Position numbers and translations under genes: made by a program
The notes under the pieces: model-generated
Seen by the model: only the letters and a program-made list of their open reading frames with translations
Told to the model about the DNA's origin: nothing
The model's database searches: none
Origin: a virus
Taxonomy: Duplodnaviria; Caudoviricetes
IMG/VR virus record: IMGVR_UViG_3300014208_000946
Location: 1 to 39,940 of that record
DNA: 39,940 bases
Direction: 5' to 3' (one strand)
Shown here: positions 34,594 through 39,940 of the stretch, in pieces
Numbering within the stretch: the stretch's first letter is position 1
Layout of the letters: every line of letters begins with the position of its first letter

Positions 34594-36081
34594 TTAAAAT
34601 GCTCGACCATAGACTTCGCTATCGCCAAGGTCATTTTCATCAAAATAATCGCCTATTTTTTCAACGGATAGCTTCATGCGCTTAAAACACATGGCTATCG
34701 ACCAAAAACTATCGCCATGACCCTCTGGTCCCTCAACGGCCTCCAGTTCGTTGGTAACGCATAAAATCTGCCTTACCATGCGCGGATCGTCAATCAGTTC
34801 GATAAACTTCTCACTGACCGCCTTGCCGAAATCTGTGGCCATGGCCCACTTGTCTTTGGATGTCATTGTTAAAAGTTCAATTTGCTTGGGCAGTTCGCCT
34901 CTCTCTTGAAGCGTGGTCAGTTCGCCTCGGGTGTTATCGGTTTCCACGAAGTCGATGTTAAAATAATCTATCGCCTGCTTAACATAACTTAATTGGGTGG
35001 GCTTGTCGACATTATAAGCGTTGTCATTCTCACCAGCATAATCCCAATGGTCAAAAAACTTCTGGTGTATTTGGGTGGCGCGCTTCTTGCCTCCGATGTT
35101 TTTAATTTGAAAAACTGTAAAATGCGCCGGGTGTCTTTTTTTGCCCAAATCCCAACCGGCTATCGTGTCAATTCTTTCGGGCGATTTTATTTTATCAAAA
35201 ATTGACAAAGCCTGCAAATCTTTGTTGACGACCGCATTTATTTCATCCTCGTTGAAGTAGCTGTTCTCGGCGTAAATAGGCGACACATTATATTCTTGAT
35301 TGTAAATTTTTTGTCCGCGCAGGGCTTTCCTCGATTGTAATTCGTCCCAGTTCATATGCTCGGGCCACAAAGCAATCTTTTTAACCGGGTCGACTTCGGC
35401 CGGCTGTATTCTGACGGCGAACTTCTTTCGCATTTCCACATCAAAGAAAAAGTCTTGATTGGTCTGCGGTGTGCCAATTATTTTACAGAATTCCCGAGGC
35501 ATGTCCAAAATCTGCGTTTTAATAATATCGTTGACTTTATAAATTTTCGTTAAAATCAGCTTATTGTCCGGGTCTTGCAGAGGGTCATCGACATACACAC
35601 CATCGCAATGAATACCGCGTTTAAACGCCAGCAAGCCGTGCGGTTCCATGGTCAGGTATGTCGATGCTTCCTTGCGCCCGATGTAATCCCAGCTATATTT
35701 TATCACGCTCTCGGCCGTGGGCTTTAAATCGACACAATTCTCATAATATGGGTTATTTTTAACTAAAGCCTTTATTTTTGAAATGTGGTAGGCGGCCATT
35801 GAGTCCTGATAGCTAAAATAGTGATATTCTTTATTTTCAAAGCAACCAAACATCAGTCGCCACATAAAATCGGCGTAAAAGCTGGCAGATTTAAAATGGT
35901 CGCGCGGAGCGACTTTCATTAGCCAGTCATTGTCCTGCATCCAATTGGCCGTGTCATCGATATATTCGCCTCCAACAAATTTTTTAAATGATTTGCTAAA
36001 AATGTTGTTAACAAAAAACCTAAGGCTTACTTTCGATCTCGCCAATATGTCCAGTATCTCTTTTTTGCTCTTGTTCAGCAT
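34594..36081 (-). CDS. terL: Terminase large subunit
   Basis: APRDHFKS (Walker A variant), RGIH, VYVDDP, IIGTP, NQEY, GWDLG, HGDSFWS. Confidence 0.93.
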   Translation of the reverse strand: MLNKSKKEILDILARSKVSLRFFVNNIFSKSFKKFVGGEYIDDTANWMQDNDWLMKVAPRDHFKSASFYADFMWRLMFGCFENKEYHYFSYQDSMAAYHISKIKALVKNNPYYENCVDLKPTAESVIKYSWDYIGRKEASTYLTMEPHGLLAFKRGIHCDGVYVDDPLQDPDNKLILTKIYKVNDIIKTQILDMPREFCKIIGTPQTNQDFFFDVEMRKKFAVRIQPAEVDPVKKIALWPEHMNWDELQSRKALRGQKIYNQEYNVSPIYAENSYFNEDEINAVVNKDLQALSIFDKIKSPERIDTIAGWDLGKKRHPAHFTVFQIKNIGGKKRATQIHQKFFDHWDYAGENDNAYNVDKPTQLSYVKQAIDYFNIDFVETDNTRGELTTLQERGELPKQIELLTMTSKDKWAMATDFGKAVSEKFIELIDDPRMVRQILCVTNELEAVEGPEGHGDSFWSIAMCFKRMKLSVEKIGDYFDENDLGDSEVYGRAF

Positions 36082-36514
36082 CTTTTAATAATTTAAGTAA
36101 TTCGGCTATGTTAACGACTTCGGTTCTGATTGTGCCGAGCTTTCTTTCGAATACGCCCATATCGAATTGTAAATCAATCAATGACCGGTAATGCTTAATC
36201 ATGTTATCAAGGGCGATGACCTTGACCATGTCGCTCTTGGTGGTGGTTCTAATTTTAATCAGTTCGCTGGCGACAAATTTAACAAAGTCCTCAAACTGGG
36301 CAATAGCCATTTTAGCGGCCACATTGTTGTAACGCCACGCGCGCTCGCCATGTATTTTTTTAAGCAAACCTCTGATATATTGCCGGCTTATATTTATGTT
36401 TTTCTCTCTAAGCGCCGACTCTATTTCCCTTTCCGAAGCACCCGGTTTAATCACTATGATTTTCCGGACATTCCCAATCATCTCTTTTTCGTATTCTTTT
36501 GAATAAAACCCCAT
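36020..36514 (-). CDS. Probable terminase small subunit
   Basis: HTH-like N-terminus (ASEREI...ISRQYI). Immediately upstream of terL. Confidence 0.65.
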   Translation of the reverse strand: MGFYSKEYEKEMIGNVRKIIVIKPGASEREIESALREKNINISRQYIRGLLKKIHGERAWRYNNVAAKMAIAQFEDFVKFVASELIKIRTTTKSDMVKVIALDNMIKHYRSLIDLQFDMGVFERKLGTIRTEVVNIAELLKLLKDAEQEQKRDTGHIGEIESKP

Positions 36515-36563
36515 AGCGATGGACAGTGTCGGATAAAGCCAAATCTAAAGGCCAGCCAACCTC

Positions 36564-36809
36564 TTAATTTTTATTTTCCGCTAACTTTAAACTATTTTCA
36601 TCAAGATTTGGTTTGTTCAAACTGCTCACCAAATTTTTAACATCAATTTGCTCAAATTCCTGTTCGTAAACTTGCGATATTTCCTCCTCAATCTTAGGCA
36701 AACCAACCTCATCTGTCTTGTCGGCTTTCACTACTTTCCTATGTCGAATTATCCTCACGACATATTTTTCGCTTGCCAATTTTTCCAATTCTTTTTTGTC
36801 CTCGGCCAT
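36564..36809 (-). CDS. Hypothetical protein
   Basis: Likely start MAEDKK. Confidence 0.65.
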   Translation of the reverse strand: MAEDKKELEKLASEKYVVRIIRHRKVVKADKTDEVGLPKIEEEISQVYEQEFEQIDVKNLVSSLNKPNLDENSLKLAENKN

Positions 36810-36819
36810 ATGTTTAAAA

Positions 36820-36969
36820 TTAAAATTCAAGTTTAATTATTACTCTGTTAGCCACTCGCTCCAATGAATACTTTTTGGCCCCGAACCTATCTGCTAATTC
36901 CATCACTTCTTGAGTGAACGATTTTTGCTTTCCTTTCCGAATTGTCTTTGGGGGGATGTTGCCGGCCAT
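36820..36969 (-). CDS. 49-aa hypothetical protein
   Basis: MAGNIPPK... begins 4 nt after the epimerase stop. Confidence 0.6.
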   Translation of the reverse strand: MAGNIPPKTIRKGKQKSFTQEVMELADRFGAKKYSLERVANRVIIKLEF

Positions 36970-36973
36970 AAAA

Positions 36974-37879
36974 TTAAAATTCGCTTTTAAGTATATCTCG
37001 GAGGGAATACTCAAATTTATGTTGCGGGCGCCAACCCAATAAATTCCAAGCCTTGTTGATGTTAGCGAAAGAATAAAGCGGATCGCCATCGGTTCTCTCT
37101 TTGTAGTCAACGCTATGGTCGCCAAAATCAATTCCTTTCTTGCCGGCAAGGAAATCTTTAAATATTCTATAAATATCCTCAACAGTAATCAATTCGGCTC
37201 CTCCAAGATGGATTGTTTCGTTTGTAAGCATGCCCGCTAATTCGATGGCTCTAACCATTCCACCAACCAAGTCATCGATATGAGTAAATCCGCGCGCGCT
37301 GAAGCTTGGTTTGATTATCGTTATCTGACGGCCGGCTTTAATCTGTTTTATCCATTTGCCGATCAACATATCAGGGCGGCAGTTATAGCCATAAACTGTG
37401 AATGGTCTGATTATCGTGTAATTTAAGCCTGATGCTCGAACCAGCATTTCGCCGGCCACCTTAGTCATAGCATAAAACGACAGTGGATTGTAGGATTGGT
37501 TCTCTGTTAGGCCACTGTTTCCAATATCGCTATTGCCACCCAGCACGGACGAACTGCTAAAAAATATAAAATGCTTGACTCCGTATTTTTTGGCTGAATC
37601 CAAAACATTTTTAGTCCCCAAGATGTTTGTTTTGGTATATTCATCAGGGAATTCCTCGCTTTTTCTTACGCCGGGCAAGGCAGCCAAATGAATAACCATG
37701 TCGATTTGATTGGTTTCAAAAAACTTGTCCATCCTTATTCTGTCGCGGATGTCGTCAAGCGGATTTTTTTCGATGTCAAAACCATAAAGTTCATAGTCGT
37801 ATTGATTGCGAATACGATTTAAAGCGGCGGTCAATTCGTTTCCAATAAATCCTTTGTGGCCAGTGATTAAAATTTTCAT
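36974..37879 (-). CDS. NAD-dependent NDP-sugar epimerase/dehydratase
   Basis: ITGHKGFIG, IHLAALPGVR.S, SSSSV, YAMTK (YxxxK), FTVYG...RPDM. Resembles UDP-glucuronate 4-epimerases. Confidence 0.92.
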   Translation of the reverse strand: MKILITGHKGFIGNELTAALNRIRNQYDYELYGFDIEKNPLDDIRDRIRMDKFFETNQIDMVIHLAALPGVRKSEEFPDEYTKTNILGTKNVLDSAKKYGVKHFIFFSSSSVLGGNSDIGNSGLTENQSYNPLSFYAMTKVAGEMLVRASGLNYTIIRPFTVYGYNCRPDMLIGKWIKQIKAGRQITIIKPSFSARGFTHIDDLVGGMVRAIELAGMLTNETIHLGGAELITVEDIYRIFKDFLAGKKGIDFGDHSVDYKERTDGDPLYSFANINKAWNLLGWRPQHKFEYSLRDILKSEF

Positions 37880-38376
37880 AGTGTTTTTTTACAAATTATT
37901 TTTATCATTAAATCTTTGCGATGCATCGGGAAATCATAAGGAGTTTCTTTGATTTCAACAAATCCGGCCATCCTAAGCATTTTTGCCAAGGCTTCAAAAT
38001 CGTAAGCGCTTTTATGGCATTGATAAGCCATATCGGAATCCTCAAACAGTTCGCCATAAATATACTGGATAATATAGCGATATGGAATTGTCTGTTCGGT
38101 ATAGGCCTTGCAAATCTTTTTTAAATCAGGCACGCCGATGGTCAATTTTCCTCCGGGGGAAAGTATCCGATTAAATTCTTTGAGAAGTTTTAATGTCTGG
38201 CCAATCAGCAAATGTTCCAATGTAGCTACCGACAAAATTTCCTCAATCTCGTTATTTTTGAAAGGTAATCGTTTGCGAATATCAGCCACGATATCAACTT
38301 GCGGTCCGGCCTTTCCATCCACATTCAAAAAATCCTTATAAACTTTAGTGTTGCCCCCGCAAATATCAAGCTTCAT
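37876..38376 (-). CDS. Methyltransferase type 11-like
   Basis: LDICGG, FLNVD, LPF, LEHL, RIL.PGG...I.VPD. Confidence 0.88.
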   Translation of the reverse strand: MKLDICGGNTKVYKDFLNVDGKAGPQVDIVADIRKRLPFKNNEIEEILSVATLEHLLIGQTLKLLKEFNRILSPGGKLTIGVPDLKKICKAYTEQTIPYRYIIQYIYGELFEDSDMAYQCHKSAYDFEALAKMLRMAGFVEIKETPYDFPMHRKDLMIKIICKKTL

Positions 38377-38929
38377 TTTTTTTAAATACGGCCAGCGAGC
38401 ATTTTGGCTCTTTCAAAATAAGCTCAAAGTCGCTGATGCCGTGTTCGTTTTTATTTAACGCTATATTAAAAACCAATTCGTGGAGGCCAAAATATTCGGG
38501 ATACTGTGGCCAATAGCCAGCGATAAAATCCTCGATGATATAAAGTCCGCCCGGCTTCAAATATTTAAAAAGCTGTTCAAAGGTATTCTTGGTTTCCTTG
38601 TAGCGATGCGAACCATCGTCAATAATAATGTCAAATTTTCCAAATTCCAAACCAATATCGTTTAATGCTTTGGAATCATTTTGATCGCAAACTCTATAAA
38701 CAACCGAATTATCATGAACAAGATGCGTTGATTCGGCTGGGAATGCCAAATCAAGTCCTATAATTTTTTGTGCATACGGAAAATATCCGTGCATCCAAGC
38801 AATCGAACCGCCCTTATAAACGCCCATTTCCAAAATATTTAATTCTTGGTTCCTAAGTGGCGCGAATATTTTTTCGTATTCCGCGATTAAACCATGCTTA
38901 ATTTTATCTGTGTCATACATATTTTTCAA
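38366..38929 (-). CDS. SAM-dependent O-methyltransferase (sugar O-MTase-like)
   Basis: TDK, ILEMGVYKGGS, FDIIIDDGSH, LKPGGLYIIED. Confidence 0.88.
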   Translation of the reverse strand: MKNMYDTDKIKHGLIAEYEKIFAPLRNQELNILEMGVYKGGSIAWMHGYFPYAQKIIGLDLAFPAESTHLVHDNSVVYRVCDQNDSKALNDIGLEFGKFDIIIDDGSHRYKETKNTFEQLFKYLKPGGLYIIEDFIAGYWPQYPEYFGLHELVFNIALNKNEHGISDFELILKEPKCSLAVFKKNEA

Positions 38930-39123
38930 TTTATTAATGGTTCCAAGCTAACCCCATGCTCGCGCGCCCATCGGTCGGCCGGGTTATTGGATAATTTACT
39001 TTTATCTTTTTGTGGCCGATCGATATAATCGCAAGACGGAAATCTATTGCATCCGAAAAATGAGCCATACTTTCCACGCTTTTGAACTATTTCACCGATT
39101 TCGCATTTTGGGCAATATTTCAT
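38926..39123 (-). CDS. Stand-alone topoisomerase-type C4 zinc ribbon
   Basis: CPKC...RGKYGSFFGCNRFPSC. Confidence 0.88.
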   Translation of the reverse strand: MKYCPKCEIGEIVQKRGKYGSFFGCNRFPSCDYIDRPQKDKSKLSNNPADRWAREHGVSLEPLIN

Positions 39124-39311
39124 ATATCGAATAATGATTTCTGATTTTCATTGATTATGGTCACCCCTCTTAAATCATGCCGACAAATTCCTCGCTTGGC
39201 CCGGCTTCGCTTGAATGATTGGCGGAGTTTGCCACACTTCTCGCAAAAGAAATAATAAATCCGGCGTTCTTTTTTTATTTTATTGATTCTTGGCTTTTTA
39301 TTTCTGTCCAT
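39120..39311 (-). CDS. Small basic zinc-finger-like protein
   Basis: CEKC...CRH. Confidence 0.6.
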   Translation of the reverse strand: MDRNKKPRINKIKKERRIYYFFCEKCGKLRQSFKRSRAKRGICRHDLRGVTIINENQKSLFDI

Positions 39312-39831
39312 GTTTTTTGATCGCTTTCGCGAATCGGTTCAATTTTTGTATATTTAAACCATCTTTCAAGGATGACTTGGCAATATTTTTCGTCAAGTTC
39401 CATGGTATTACTGATGCGGTCTGTTTTATAGCAAGCCATTAATGTGCTTCCTGATCCGCCGAATAAATCCAGCACGATTTGATTGACTAAGCTGGAATTC
39501 TTAATCGCTCGCATTATCAGCCATTCCGGTTTCTCTGTCGGGTGAACATATTTATTGCTGGCCTTGCGTGGCATATCCCAAACATCATATTCGTCACGCG
39601 TATCTCTAAAGTGATGCGTTCCCTCTTTCCAGCCGTATAAAATGGACACTCCTTTTGGCTTGGCGATTTTTTTGCCCTTGGCTATCCATTCGTGCTTGTA
39701 TCGATAATCATTCCAACCATAACTGGCATTGTCTTTCACCCAAATAATAACGCCACTAAAATATAAACCAGCGTTTTGAATGCACTTATAAAAGCTCGGG
39801 TAACTGCTCCACCCTGAGCAAACATAATATA
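39275..39831 (-). CDS. ParB-DNA methyltransferase, C-terminal part
   Basis: Open frame from the G tract: VYYVCSGW...IIWVKD...HPTEKP...LDLFGGSGST...ELD..YC. Confidence 0.9.
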
Positions 39832-39940
39832 CCCCCCCCCCCCAACAATGCCGAATTCATGGCGATAAAAAATTTGCTCAAAAAATCCTCAAATTGCCGG
39901 GGGGTAATGGTATAGTTTTTAAAGCCCCCTCGGGTTTTTC
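39746..39940. repeat. Terminal overlap copy 2 (error-rich right of the C12 tract)
   Basis: Matches 1-195. C12 at 39832-39843 corresponds to C12 at 87-98. Confidence 0.93.

Noticed and set aside
36970-37182. Extended N-terminus of track ORF 36820-37182
   Set aside because: Overlaps the epimerase in another frame. ATG 36969 is the natural start.
272-38665. Plus-strand ORFs in the track
   Set aside because: Essentially all are antisense to well-supported minus-strand genes and show no recognisable motifs.

Overview
Essentially complete, circularly permuted genome (about 39,745 bp) of a tailed dsDNA phage with siphovirus-type tail genes and Mu-like head genes. All credible genes are on the minus strand. 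Positions 1-195 and 39746-39940 are the same sequence, and the contig broke at a C12 homopolymer. Transcription order: early/recombination genes (DUF3846-like, RlpA-like, split C5 DNA methyltransferase, LexA-like HTH, ERF, PD-(D/E)XK nuclease), a lambda-O-like initiator with an internal iteron origin, an approximately 9 kb glycan-modification cluster (4 glycosyltransferases, 3 SAM methyltransferases, an NDP-sugar epimerase) surrounding a ParB-DNA methyltransferase, then terminase, portal-MuF fusion, a fifth glycosyltransferase, protease/scaffold, capsid, fibres, holins, tail and a papain-like peptidase. I recognise no integrase, DNA polymerase, primase, helicase, tRNA or CRISPR array. Most notable: (1) a putative methylated-glycan (possibly virion) glycosylation system; (2) two poly-G tracts that each put a gene out of frame by exactly one extra G; (3) a C5 methyltransferase whose second subunit is nested in another frame; (4) several multi-branch intergenic RNA-like structures, two sharing a sequence motif; (5) an iteron origin plus DnaA boxes beside three promoters. 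Family assignments come from motif recognition by eye, not database searches. A CPR-like host is only an inference.
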